Shown here: one piece after another, positions 49,541-61,689 of the stretch
Layout: the number at the start of each line of letters is the position of its first letter
How positions within the stretch are numbered: the first letter of the stretch is position 1
Assembly (NCBI RefSeq): GCF_001447785.1
Contig: NW_015161948.1
Span: 1,203,556-1,267,555 of the forward strand
Direction: 5' to 3'
DNA length: 64,000 nt
From: Gekko japonicus
Lineage: Eukaryota
Position numbers and translations under genes: made by a program
Notes under the pieces: model-generated
What the model was told of the DNA's origin: nothing
What the model saw: the letters and a program-made list of their open reading frames with translations, nothing else
Databases searched by the model: none

Positions 49541-50189
49541 AGTATGACACAACCTAATATAATACATATAATTTTATAAATTTTAAGTCTTAAAGGTTAA
49601 AATCCTTCTCTCACAATATATCTCTATGTATTATTGGAACGTTATTTACAATTTCTTATACAAAGTTTATTATAGTTTATCTGAAACTTTTAATGATTTT
49701 GAGTGATAACTATGGTATATTTTATTCTGTGTTTCATGCTGGTGTAATACCATAATAAATGACTTTGACTTTGATATGAAATGCAGAATTCAGCCTTCTG
49801 CAGTTCCCAGACATTATCTAAAGGGAGGGGCAAGTTGGAAACCTTTAAATCTGTAAAGATGGACCTGCAAATCTGGGGGCTGTGTGGGCTGACATCTCAG
49901 AAACCAGAAGATGAGCTAAACAGGCATTTCACAGGTTAACGTGTTGGACTTCAGAGCCCTGCATAGTCCCTGACTCTTCCCATGACTTACAAAAGCAAAT
50001 AATAAAATCCAAATGCAGAACCTTTCTCTTGAAATAGAGTTCGTTTTGCATAGAATATATTTAGCACTGATACTGGGTAGAGAACAACAAAGAAAATTGT
50101 GTCAGGTAACTGAAATCACATGACTTTCCCATAAGCCAGTCCCTGATTTTTGTGCTAATATCATATACAAATGCCACCTTGTTTTCCAG

Positions 50190-51860
50190 TGGCACTCCAG
50201 TATGCTCCGAGGATCCGGAGGTGACATCAAATCAGGTAGCTGCCCAAATGGTATCCCTATCCAGAGCTCCAAAGGACTGAGATTTTACAATCAGGATAAA
50301 ACAAGAACTCCAGATTTTGAAATGCACCTACCCTGAAGACTGCAAGTTGTCAGGGGATTTCAGTGCTGATGAGATTTCCAAGGCACTGAAGGATATCAAG
50401 AATGGAAAGACACCAGGCTTTGACTGCATCCATAAGGAGTTTCTGATCAACAGTGGCACGTTCACTAAGAAGTGACTCACACAGTTTCTCACTGACATAA
50501 GAGCAGGAAGACTCCTAGAGGAATTCAAGAATGCAAAGGTAGTTGCTATTCTGAAACCTGAAAAACCAAAACATCTGGTGGAAAGTTACAGACCTATTTC
50601 CCTTCTGAGCTCCTGTTATAAACTCCTCAAGAGGCTAATCCTGAACAGAATCAGTGACAAAATTAACCAACATGTCCCTGTAGTGCAAGCAGGATCTAGA
50701 CCCCGTCGTAGTTATGAAGACCAGGTTCTCAGCTTAACAACTTTCATTGAGGCAGGGTATCAGAAGTGTCTTAAGCCATTAGCAGTTTTTGTCGATTGGA
50801 CTGCCGCTTATGACACAGTCTGGAGGGATGGTCTGCTGTACAAGTTTTCCTTTCACCTGCAGAACATTATTTTGATTCCTAAATAACATGAGCAATAGGC
50901 CTTTCCAAGTAATTATGGGTCAGTCAGTCAGCAAGCAGAAGAAATGGAATTATGGTCTACCCCAGGGCTCGGTCCTTGCTCCAGTTCTTTTCAATCTATA
51001 CATCTCTGGCGCTCCTGATATCCAGGAAGATTGCTTATGTCGATGACATGATGATTGCAGTAAGGCATAACTCAATTGAAAGGACTGAGGAAATACTGAC
51101 TAGGGACCTTGACATTTTTGCTGACTACTACTGTAAATGGTGGCTCATTTCAGGTCCAGGAAAAGCAGAATGCTCCTGTTTCTATTTCAATAACAATCTT
51201 ACCAACCATGAACTGAATGTCCACCTTAATGGCACCTGACAACACACAACCATACATCTAAGTACCTTGGTATTACCCTGGACAGGACCTTGAGCTACAA
51301 ACACCATCTTACCAATGTAGCAAATACACACACAAAACAACATTCTCCAAAAATTATGTGGTACAACTTGAGGTGCGTCTGCTACAACACTTAGATGCTC
51401 AGCTTTGGGGTTGGTATATAGTACTGCAGAATATGGTGCTTCCAAGTGGCTCAACTGCCCCCATGTCCACAAATATGGTGTCCAACTCAATACAACAATA
51501 AGAAACTTCAGCAGATGTATTAAACCCACTCTGACCATCCCAGTTGTGCCACATCGCTCCCCCGTATCTCCAAAGACAGGATGCTTTCCTTCGTGAATAT
51601 AGAAAGATAATTTAAAACAGAGTTGTCCACCCACAAAGACATGGCTGATGCGGGCCTATCCAGACTAAGCAATAGGATCTGCACAAATCCTGCAATCATA
51701 ACATTTCGATCTAGGGAATGAATGGTTGCGAACATGGATGCAAGCAGTTCCACCCAATATCCATAACCTGATAAGTACCAACGAGAGGCCCACAGGATTT
51801 GACATGTCATATAAAGTCTGGAAGACAGCTAATAGAGTACGAACAGGCTTTGGAAAATCT
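50190..51860 (+). mobile_element. Vingi (Ingi-like) LINE RT fossil
   Basis: SYRPISLLSSCYKLL, QAGSRPRRSYEDQV, AVFVDWTAAYDTVW, GLPQGSVLAP, AYVDD, YLGITLDRTL and GLVYSTAEY motifs; many stops and frameshifts. Confidence 0.82.
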
Positions 51861-52260
51861 TTATCATAACTCTTACATTTAGAGTGATTAATATCTTTGT
51901 TTTATAAATAAGAAAATCACAAGTCAAACAAAGTCGAGACTCGCAGTTTAAAACAGTAACCTTATTTTGTGGTACAGTTGCTTTCAGTGCTCACTGTTTT
52001 GTGTCATTTTGGTGCTTTCTAATACAAGTTATTATGTGGTTGGTGCTTTGTTTTTGGGTCTGGATTTCAAGGGATAAATGCCAGTGTACTAGGGTTTGCT
52101 GTGGCCAAATTCAGATATATAAATTACTAATGACAGGGCTCTGGTCATGAGAAGCATTCATAGGCCATTATAATGCTTACCTTACAGGTGTATTCATAAT
52201 GCTTCCATATTATCTACAAAGCTGGAAGTCCTTGGTTCTAAGCCCCTGTTAACTATTTTT

Positions 52261-53848
52261 TAAGCCCCCGGAAGGGATTTTTTATTGATTTTTTAAACAC
52301 TACAAAAACTAGAACAGAAAAAAGGGAAAGGGAAAGCTACATATAAGGGAGAAAGTAAAGAACCCACTACTAACTAAAAACCCAAGAGAGGAGATCTCCA
52401 ACTAGCTTTTTATACTTCATTCAGACTTTTCATCTTTGTACTTCTTATGAACTGTGTCAATCTTTTAACCCTTTTAACCATCCCCAGTTACATTTAATTG
52501 CCCAATAACAGTGCCCCCCATCATCCCCTAGAAACAAAAGTTCTCAAAGGAACAATTCAGAGTCCTTCAGCCTTTACTTCTTCGTCTCTCTCTTCCGCAG
52601 TTTGTAGGAACTTTTCGGGGCTGATGCCCCCTGCTCAGACAAAGAGTCCTCACCAGACGAACCAGTTTCCAGCTCTCCACTGGACTTATCGTCCTCTTCT
52701 TTTTTCTCGTCCTCTGGCCTTCCCAGCTGCTCCTTTAGAAACTCTTGAGCTTTAAGAACAGAGTCAATCTTGACCTTCTTCTCCTTGATCTTGAATATTA
52801 CTCCTTCTGGAAACAGCCATTTATATCCAATTGAGTTTGTTTGGAGGAAAAACACAAGTTCTTTGTATTTCTTTCTGCATTGTCTTACTTCAAATGGAGT
52901 ATGCTTTAGCGTTCTGACAGCATTCTCCCCCACCTTCAGGGGTGTCGCAGAAAAAAAACAGTTTTCTTTTCCAATTTTTGCACTTCTTTCCTCACTATCT
53001 GCGTTGTCTCAGCCATTTCCTTTACTTTCTCAGCATCCTGCTTCATTACTTGAATCAAATCCGTTATTTGCGTTTGTTGAGCAGTAATGCTTGTTGTCAC
53101 AACTTGCAGCTGCTTTTGTTGTGCAGTAATATTCGCTGTTACAACAGACATCTGTTCTTTAAAGACATTGAGCTGTTCCAGGGCGCATAACCTCTGTCAT
53201 CACCTTTGTCGTCTCACTGGTCGTTTCCGGCACCTTCGGGGACTCTAGTTTCGCTTTTAAAAGTTTCTCTTTGTCTCTGTCCCTCTTCCCCGCCATCTTT
53301 TTCTCGTTTGTTTGCTTTCGCAATAAATTTTAAAGTGTCTGAATATGCGCTTATCTGTATAGCTCAATGGATGAGTACTTCTGGGCAATTTCTTGTTTAT
53401 TCGTCCACTCCCTCCCCTTTCGCTCAACGATTTATGGGCATGGGAGGCGTCTCTCCCACCACTCGTTTCTGCCGTTTCACTGCTTTGGGTAAGGAGTGTC
53501 TTTTCGTTTAAAAATCAGTTCTCATTTGACTCAGGTTCATAGTTGGTCTTCCGACCCCTTTTCATTCATCATTTCAAACGCCTTATCTCCTATGCTTGAC
53601 CCGGCTAGCTTCACTTGTACCATCAGGTCTCTCGGCTGGACGGACCACTGGAGCAAGGGGGAGCCTCGATTCTCTGGCATTCGGCCAGAGAAGAGGCTAC
53701 CCCCTCAAAGCTCCTTGGCCAGGTGCCCTTCCCCGGGCTCCTGGGGGAGTTTATGAGCCTGCTCACCCCCTCCGTCCGCCAGAGCACGGAGACACCCCCG
53801 GGAGGTCCAGGAGGTGAGTCTGTGAGCGTGCCGCCATAAACCGGAAGT
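52261..53848 (-). mobile_element. Complete ~1.6-kb ORF1-only L1-type retroelement (HAL1-like)
   Basis: 18-bp TSD CCCCTGTTAACTATTTTT (52243-52260 / 53849-53866) at a TTTTT/AA site; 5' end ACTTCCGGTTTATGGCGGC; CpG-rich 5' UTR; one ORF; AATAAA near the 3' end. Confidence 0.85.
52574..53296 (-). pseudogene. L1 ORF1p-like protein (coiled coil, C-terminal domain and acidic/basic tail; ~240 aa; 2 frameshifts)
   Basis: AAGATGGCG start at 53296: MAGKRDRDKEKLLKAKLESP..., then heptad region LEQLNVFKEQMSVVTANITAQQKQL...VQKLEKK, then SATPLKVG...FEVRQCRKKYKELVFFLQTNSIGYKWLFPEGVIF. Confidence 0.75.
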
Positions 53849-54385
53849 CCCCTGTTAACTATTTTTAATAAATGTCTGAGTAAACTATTTTTAGTTTACC
53901 CCTAAGACCTGCCTAAATATATCTCCACTGAGGCTAATTTGGGAGTGGACCAGTTCTGGAAAATCCTGTATGCCAGATTGTTTAGGTGTTTCAGAATGTG
54001 ACCCTGGCATCAGAGAATGTTGTCAGTTTTCGCCATCCCTTTGCCAAGCTGACATATAGTAATTTAATGCTGGCTTTTATGCTTTTTGAAATCCTTGCAG
54101 TTGTGAGTGACTGCTACTGGTTGATGCTAGATTCTGATAATCCACGTTGCTAAGTATTAAGGTTACTAGCTCTATTTCTTCAGCAAACTGGCTATAATCA
54201 ACGCACAGTGGGACAGTGGGATTGCCCATTTTCTCAGATGAAAATATCTGGTCCTGCTTTACCCTTGTTGCTAGATATCATGCATCTAGAGGAACGGCTG
54301 CTCCCCCAAGGCCTCCATGGAACCTTCAAGCGCAGCAATTGGAGTAGCACCCAAGGACTAGGGGGACGAGGAGATGACAAATCTA

Positions 54386-54712
54386 CATTGGAGTCCCCAA
54401 CCCTTTTGAGCCTGCAAGTACCTTTGAAAGTCCAACACTGAGTGGTGGGCACAGCCACAAAATGGCTACTACAGGAGGTAGAGCCATCACAGAATGGCTG
54501 CTCCAGCTTACCTTCAATCATACAATAAGGATCCTTGTGCTATGGTGGCAGCTGCTGCCAAAGTCAATGTTTTAAAATACCTACGCTGCCAATCAAATCT
54601 CCAGTGGCCAATCAGAAGCCTTGCTAGGAAGGCCCGATCTGGTCCTGCCCACTTTCTAAAAGCACAGAGCAGGCCCCAGGGAAGGTGTCAGCAGGTACTG
54701 TGAGGACTCCTG
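54386..54712. mobile_element. hAT MITE (same family as 27154-27724, inverted)
   Basis: GAGTCCCCAACCCTTTTGAGCCTG ... GAGGACTCCTG; shared internal CCAATCAGAAGCCTTGCT motif. Confidence 0.7.
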
Positions 54713-56491
54713 TTCTACATTATTGTCTTCTTGATGCCTTCATCACTCACCACTGACTACTTTTAAAATACAAATTAATTATGCTTATTGTATTATTGTG
54801 AGCTGTTTTGGAGGCCTTTTGTCAGGGACAAAAGTGACATATAAATATTTTGAATGAATAAATGAAGGTGTGTTGCCAATGTGTCGAGATAAAATTGGTG
54901 TTCCTGTAGCCTTTAGGTCCACATTTGTTCCCACAAGCCCCCAGATTCCCTCTTTCACTATTGCAGTATTATGGTGAAAGACCATGTAAGTTTTTGCCTT
55001 TCTGATGGGAGTTTTTAAAGACCTGATCATGAGACAGGAATTGCTTCGAGTGTGAAGAACAGCCTGGGAACCGGTTCATCTCTCTTTGTGGGTAGCCGTG
55101 GGCACATCCTGTCTCAGATCTACAGATGCTGTTAGTTGTATTCTCCAGGGTGTGTTAACTCATAGGAATCTCAGGTGTTTTGTGTAATGACAGTTCAGAT
55201 ATAAATGTGAATATTCTGCAAAATGGTCCACCTAAGGAGTTAGATATGATTGACAATAGTACAAAATTTAAACTTGGTGTCCACTGGTAACTCCAAGTGC
55301 AGTTGTGTATAAATTAGAAGCTTTGAGAACTTTACACATAAATTATTATGGTATTGTGGGGCTAATTATAAAACTGAAACTGTGTATGTACACAGGAGAT
55401 CAAATATAACCACATGGCCAATGTTCACACCTATTTAAATGTATTTAAAATTTAAATTATCTTAAACTATTAAAATTTACTGTGGGTGGAGGCAGTCTTC
55501 CAGGTACCCTGAGCTTAAATCTTGGAAGGCATGATTTGGTCATGGCGGTACATGTTCTGACAACATCAAACTTCTTTTCAAAATATTGTTTTTAATGCCA
55601 CCCTTTCCTAAAAGCTAAGAAATATTTATGTGAAAGAATATGTTTGGACATTGAGAGTCCTGCAGTGTCTTTAATGCATTAAACTGAATAGATGTCCCAG
55701 GAAAATGTATTTAACCCTGGAAGGTTTCTGAAAACCACCTCGCCTCCCATTTGCAATGAGCGCTTGTTTGCCTCTTGCACTTGTCAGTTCCCTGAGCAGC
55801 CCTAGAGATGATGAGTAGCAAACTCATTACCCCAAAATACAATTTGCAATTCTAATATAGATGTTATCCAAAGGTGCCCCTTGCGCTTTTATAGACTTCA
55901 ACACTGTAACCCACAGCAGGAAATGTTATTTGCTTTACACTGGATTTCCATCCTCTTGCTGTACTAGTCTTGGCTTAATCTGATATACACATTTTATCTC
56001 TAATGCATGAAGGATGCAGATGTCAGGCGTTAAAGTGTGCACTATTAATCTGTGGACTACATGTTTTTTGTACTTTTTTAAAAATCTGAAGTATCTGAAT
56101 GCATATCATTCCTGACCCAACTGTTCATTTTAAACTCTAAAGCCATCATTGCTTGTGATGCTTGCTGATCTGAAAGAGAGAAATTTCAGTTCTGGAAGGA
56201 GTTGAAAGGTGTGGGTGGGCACCATTACTGCACAGTAGAATGAGAAGCAAAACAGTCAGGGAACTTATCCCATCCACAATATTAAGCCTCACTCTAGCAA
56301 AAGCTAACAAAGACTGAATGTGGTATAGGCTGCCGTACACCGTAGTTTCATAGCTCATAAAATTGTCTGATCTTTGAGTGTGCACTGATAGTGTACATAA
56401 TAATTGATAAGTAAAATTTTAGTAATACATAAGGGAATTGAGTGGCTTATAAAATCAAACTGTTCATAGGTGTGAAAATCAGATAAAAATA

Positions 56492-56627
56492 CATGGTTGA
56501 AAAACATGGTTAATCATGGATGGATGAATATTGCACTCAGCAGTTTCGCGATTACTTTGTGAATATGTTTCTAGCATAAAACCGCTGAGTGATCTATTCA
56601 TCAATCCATGATTTATTAACCATTTTG
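56492..56627. repeat. Imperfect palindrome, possibly an ancient hairpin-type repeat
   Basis: 35-bp arms AATCATGGATGGATGAATATTGCACTCAGCAGTTT (56512-56546) and AAACCGCTGAGTGATCTATTCATCAATCCATGATT (56579-56613), 5 mismatches. Confidence 0.8.
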
Positions 56628-59600
56628 AGAAATATGCTTCGGACATTAATAATCCTGTAAACACCTTTCTGATCTGTGAGCCATGTGATAGTGAGGCTTA
56701 GGTGATGGCAGCCTATTTGTGCAACTTGTCCTTTATAGAGCATGGCTCACAAAATTAAAGATGTATATATTTAAAGCTGGAGTGATTTTGGCTTGGTGCA
56801 TGCTCAGTCCATCTCTGCTTCGTGCTGTTTAACTGCTATACTGCAGTTGTCTGAAAAGGGAGGGGAAGCTGACAACCATTAGTTNNNNNNNNNNNNNNNN
56901 NNNNNNNNNNNNTCACAGTTACTAAATCAGGCATCTCTCCAGTCCAGCTGACAGAACTATATGAAAAAGATGGGCCAGCCTAAGGCAGTGGACAGAACTT
57001 GCTTTAATGCATTCAAGTACAGGACAACTTCTGCAGAGCCACTGTTCCTTTGAAATGGTATGTTCTTGTGAGCCAAGGCTTTCCAGACAAATATACGTGT
57101 TCTAGAAACTGATACAGATTACAGTTGCGTCTTGGAAGCCCTCTCTGTCTCTGACAGTTGCGGCTCTCCTATCCCATTCTTCCTGCCCCATCTGCTCAGA
57201 GATCAAATTAGTACTACTAACTCCAACAGGAAGGAGGAGGAGGTAGTAGAAGGCGAGGGCGGAGATGATTGCAACCAGTTCCCCTTTCACAGCAATGGTG
57301 CTTTTAAAAGGCATCTCAAGGCATCAGCCTGGCAATCCTATGCTGACATCATGCCAGAAGCCCCAGTGACTCATCTGGCACTTGCTGAGTTTATCATGAA
57401 TCACAAGGCATATTTCTGCTTTCTGAGCATACCTATTGCCTCCTGAGACATTTCCCATCTTTCCAGTCTCTGGATTCTTTGCTGTTTTCTGTTAGGTCAA
57501 GCCTTCGTTTTCTGTTCACTTGGGGCTTTAATCAGAGAACACCATCTATGTAAAACCTTTTGTTAGGGACAGCCCAATGACGCATAGTGGTGTGTGAGCG
57601 TTCAAGTTCACCAGATCTCTTCTTCAGGCTGGATGTTACAAAAAATTGTTTTTAACTGGTTTAGGAAGGGAAAATACTTCAGGATGTGTTGTTACGTCCT
57701 GTTGAAGCCTGTACCTGTGTATTTGGTGCAGAGCAGATTCAAGTGGAGCTGGTTTCAAATTACCCCAAGCAAGATGCAATAAAACAACTCTACAGAAGTC
57801 TCTCTAACCAGAAGAACATCCCCATCAAGCAGAAACTGGCTCTTGGGCATTTGGGACTGAAAACTGAATGAGGAGCTAGAAATCACCTGAAAGTCACTGT
57901 TATCAGTTCAGGTGATAGATTAAAAGTGTTGCACACCAGACATAAAGTCAATTGAAGCCAAATTATGTGGGTTTTTTAAATCTCACATGGTATTCCTGTA
58001 GTCACACTCTTTTGCTAGTCAAATCAGCATCCAGATTATGCTTTTTTTTTGCCATCAAGTCTCAGCCAATTTATGGTGGCCCATAGGGCTTTCAAGGCAA
58101 GAGACATTCAGTGGTTGTTTGCCATTGTGTGTCTCCATACTTGTCTTTATTGGCTGGAATCAGTTATCATAAAAGTAGAAAGAAGTTGTTTAAAGCTATG
58201 TTGCTCCCAAAGTAACACTCCCCAAAAAGAACACAGGCCATGTAATACCTTTTATGAGGGCCAACCCAATGGCACATAACAGTGTTTAAGCCTCTTATGT
58301 TCCTCATGCTGTAAATCGACCATTCCTGGCCTCCTTGTTCTATGCTATGTAGCATAGGATTGATCCCAATTCTGGACTAGGGTGGTGATTAAAAAAAACC
58401 CAGACACCCTACTTCCTTACATTCATCTCTGCTGTGGTTTATAAATTTGGATTGCTTGGAGTGGGATTTAAAAACAGGTCTATTTAATCCTTCCAACTCC
58501 ATTCTGTTGTGCTTTGTTGGCTTCATGGCACTTTTAAATAGAAAAGCACCAAAGAGTCTTTGAATTTAAGAATGTTTTTAGGGTTTTGGTACTTCTGCCA
58601 TCAGTAGAGCATTACACAGCAAAGGAAAAATCTAAATTGGAATTAAGTTTCCCTTGCTTTTTATAATCCAAGACAATAGGGAAAATTTGCTCCCGAGCCA
58701 AGTATGATGTGTGCCTAGCTCTCTCTTCATCCTCTTTAAGTCCTGACACATCAAAATGTAATTCCATCCTGTCTATTGCTAGAAATGTTTGCTTTGAGGA
58801 AGATTCATGCTGCCCAAAGCCTCCTGTTTGCCTTATGAAAATCTCCCTGTTAGGGAGATAATAAGAACAAAATTAGAAGGACTCTTGATAATCCAAGTGG
58901 TCCAAAGTGAATGAGGAATGCAAATCAGGTGAATGGTTAATTACTTTTTGAAAAATTCATTATTTGTCTAGAGCAGCTGATTGAAAAGCAGCGTTGCAAT
59001 TTAAATTAGGACTATTTGTTCATTTTAAGAATGCAATAGTGTAATTTGACTTATAAACTGTTACAGTTTGGATGCGTTAACAGTGATCTGAGAGCCGAGG
59101 CTGCTTTTGCCAATTGAATAACAAAGCATTCTGATGAAGCAAGTAGAGGTAAAGTGAGGGACCTCTTCTTCTGATTTTTCCCTACAAAACTAGCAATTTG
59201 TTGTTGCCACTGTTTGAGACATGCTAGTGCCTTTTGTCCTAACCCACTTGAATTTTCATATCACATATCATTCTTTGTGTTGATCTGGGGGATGATTATG
59301 ATTGGCTGAGATATAATATACAACCATTCATCTTGCACTTGCTGCACTTATTTCCCTTTCATCAAGTTACAGGCTTTGAATATGTTCTAATCATGTCACC
59401 ATAAGCTATCAAAGTCATATTTTACAAACATCATATATATAAAGGCAGTTCTTCCCTCCAGGATGATAATGAATTATGGTTGCACTACATTGTAAGGCAG
59501 TATTAGTAGTTTCAAAATTGTACCTTTATCATCAGAACAGCATGTGACTATTTTAAAAAAAACCTGGAATCAGTTTCTTTGCCTTTGGGGGAAAAAATCT

Positions 59601-61111
59601 GTGTTTCTTTAATAGTGGGATTCACTCTTGTTGGTTAATCAGTCTGATAGTTGTTTCCACTGGTTTTGATGGAAAACCAGTGGCCCATAGCAACCCATTT
59701 GCTACCGGACTTTCCCTGGTGTCTGTTTACTCCGCTTCTGCGGCAGAGCAACACAGGTTGCTGACAGCTGTGAGACGCTTCCCAGATGTTTGTTTTTGAG
59801 CGCGCCCTTTAAATCCACCTGGCATTTGCACCTATGTCGGGGCTAATTGTGCATATGAATGCAACCTAAGTCGTCTTCTCCAATAGCGGGGATGAAAATT
59901 TCCTGCAAATTGCAACCCTTGTCCAAGATATCCTCTCTGCCAAATTACAGACAGGAGCAAGTGTTCCTATTTTAAAGACAAAGCTCTCCTTTAGAGTTTG
60001 AATGCAGTATGGACATTGTTGTGAGTAAATGGGTGAAGGGAAAAAACAGAGCATGCAGGAAAGGGGAACTAAATCCTGAACGCTCACGCACCTGCACCTT
60101 ACCTCAGTATGGGCTGACGCTTTCAATCCTTTTCTCACAGTCTGGCTCCAGTACTGGAAGTCAGCAGGGCTGGGAGAATAATCCAGAAAACACTGAAGCA
60201 CGGAATGGGATGGAGCAAGGTTTAACTTCTTTCACCTACATGCTCAATTTTTGTTTAAAATAAGACATCATATATGGGAAATCTTTGTCCTCTGCCAGGT
60301 TTAATAGCAAGGTGTGGGTAGATGTGTGGGGATTTGTACAAACAATGAATTAAAGAGATGAGACTGCAATATCACAAATTTGATTTTCATCACTGATCTC
60401 TTCACATAGACAACCTGGACCCTTTATCAAAGATGTCTCACAGGTCGTCTTGATTGTTTCTGCCTTTCATGGGCAGAAACTTGCCTCAACCATCCTTTCT
60501 GCACCATGTGTGGCCTTCCAGCCAGCAGGGAAAAGGAAGGTAAGGCCTTTACCCCTTTCCCCTGCAGGCATCCTGCTCTGCCTATCATGGAGGTAGGAGG
60601 TGGGAATGCAGTGTAGCTTACCCTTTCCTTCATCTGCAGCCTTCCAGTGTAAGCAAGCAACAGGTTTGCCCTTCTGTAGTGCCTTGTCTGGTTTTGGGGG
60701 AGGGGTAGTTAGCACACCTAGCAAGTTTGCAAACCAAGTGAGTTGCCTGACTGGGGTGGGGGACAGAGTCTGAATCTCTGCCCCTATTCCCCCCACCATT
60801 GTATAGTCTTGCCTCTGCCTGACAGCAGCTCGCATATGAAACAAAAGATAACCATGTATATGTACCTAAGCACCCCAATGTATAACGTGCAAACAATAAA
60901 GATAGAAAATGAAAACCAATCTGAATTGTGTGTTATTTATAAAGTTATAAATTTCCTTGATATAGATACAACAGGTTAGTAATAATATTAATAACAATCT
61001 GATAGGGGGGATACAAAATTCATCAGCAGAAAAATATTCTCCAAATTATTAGTCAACACATAAGCTCAAGGATAGCTTCTGAAGACGGTTGTCAGAATGA
61101 TTTTCACTCCA

Positions 61112-61338
61112 ACCGGAGATCCCACTTGTATAAAATCAAGCAATGACTAAACCTGTGCTCCGTGCTGAATGAAGACTTGGCGGTTGTCTCTGGTTGCCAC
61201 GGTCCCTGCCACAATCCCAGCCCGAACTGGAGATCCCACTTGTACAGATTCAGGCAATGGCTAATTCTTTGCTCCATGCTGAATAAAGACTTGGTGGTGG
61301 TTTCCGGTTGCTACGGTCCCGGCTGCAGTCCCAGCCAA
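61112..61338. repeat. Diverged tandem duplication, 2 x ~113 bp
   Basis: GGAGATCCCACTTGTA...GCAATG...TGCTGAAT...AAGACTTGG...CGGTCCC...TCCCAGCC occurs twice. Confidence 0.8.
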
Positions 61339-61689
61339 CAGGTGAGCTAGCTAAACTAGACCACGTTTCGCCAAAGCTTTCTCAAACACAGAACCACTTT
61401 CTGGTACAAATTGACACAATTCTGAAAACTGTTAAATCAGGAAAATACTCTTATGAAGCAGGTCGCTAAGAAAATTCTTCAGACCTGCTATTTCAAATGC
61501 AGTGGTGGGAACATCAGTGAGCTGTTTGGGTTGGGTGATGTACCTGACACATATCTGCTGAGTCACTCTATGTCCTCACCATACACCTTAAACAATGGGC
61601 ATGATTCAGTTCAGAAGTTTGTTAGAAAAGTTCTTAATGTACATCTCTAATAACCAGTGGTGACTCCGAGTGCTTTCAAATCAAGAAAT

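Larger units (their letters stand above)
47990..49780 (+). mobile_element. 3' end of an old LINE with C-terminal CCHC motif (RTE-X-like), split by a solo LTR and a MITE
   Basis: AFTLTRCQALPTAIVTG [LTR] ...ERLCPCGSGEIEATEHVLLYCPF; AT-rich UTR; AATAAA followed by a (GACTTT)n tail at ~49755-49775. Confidence 0.65.
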
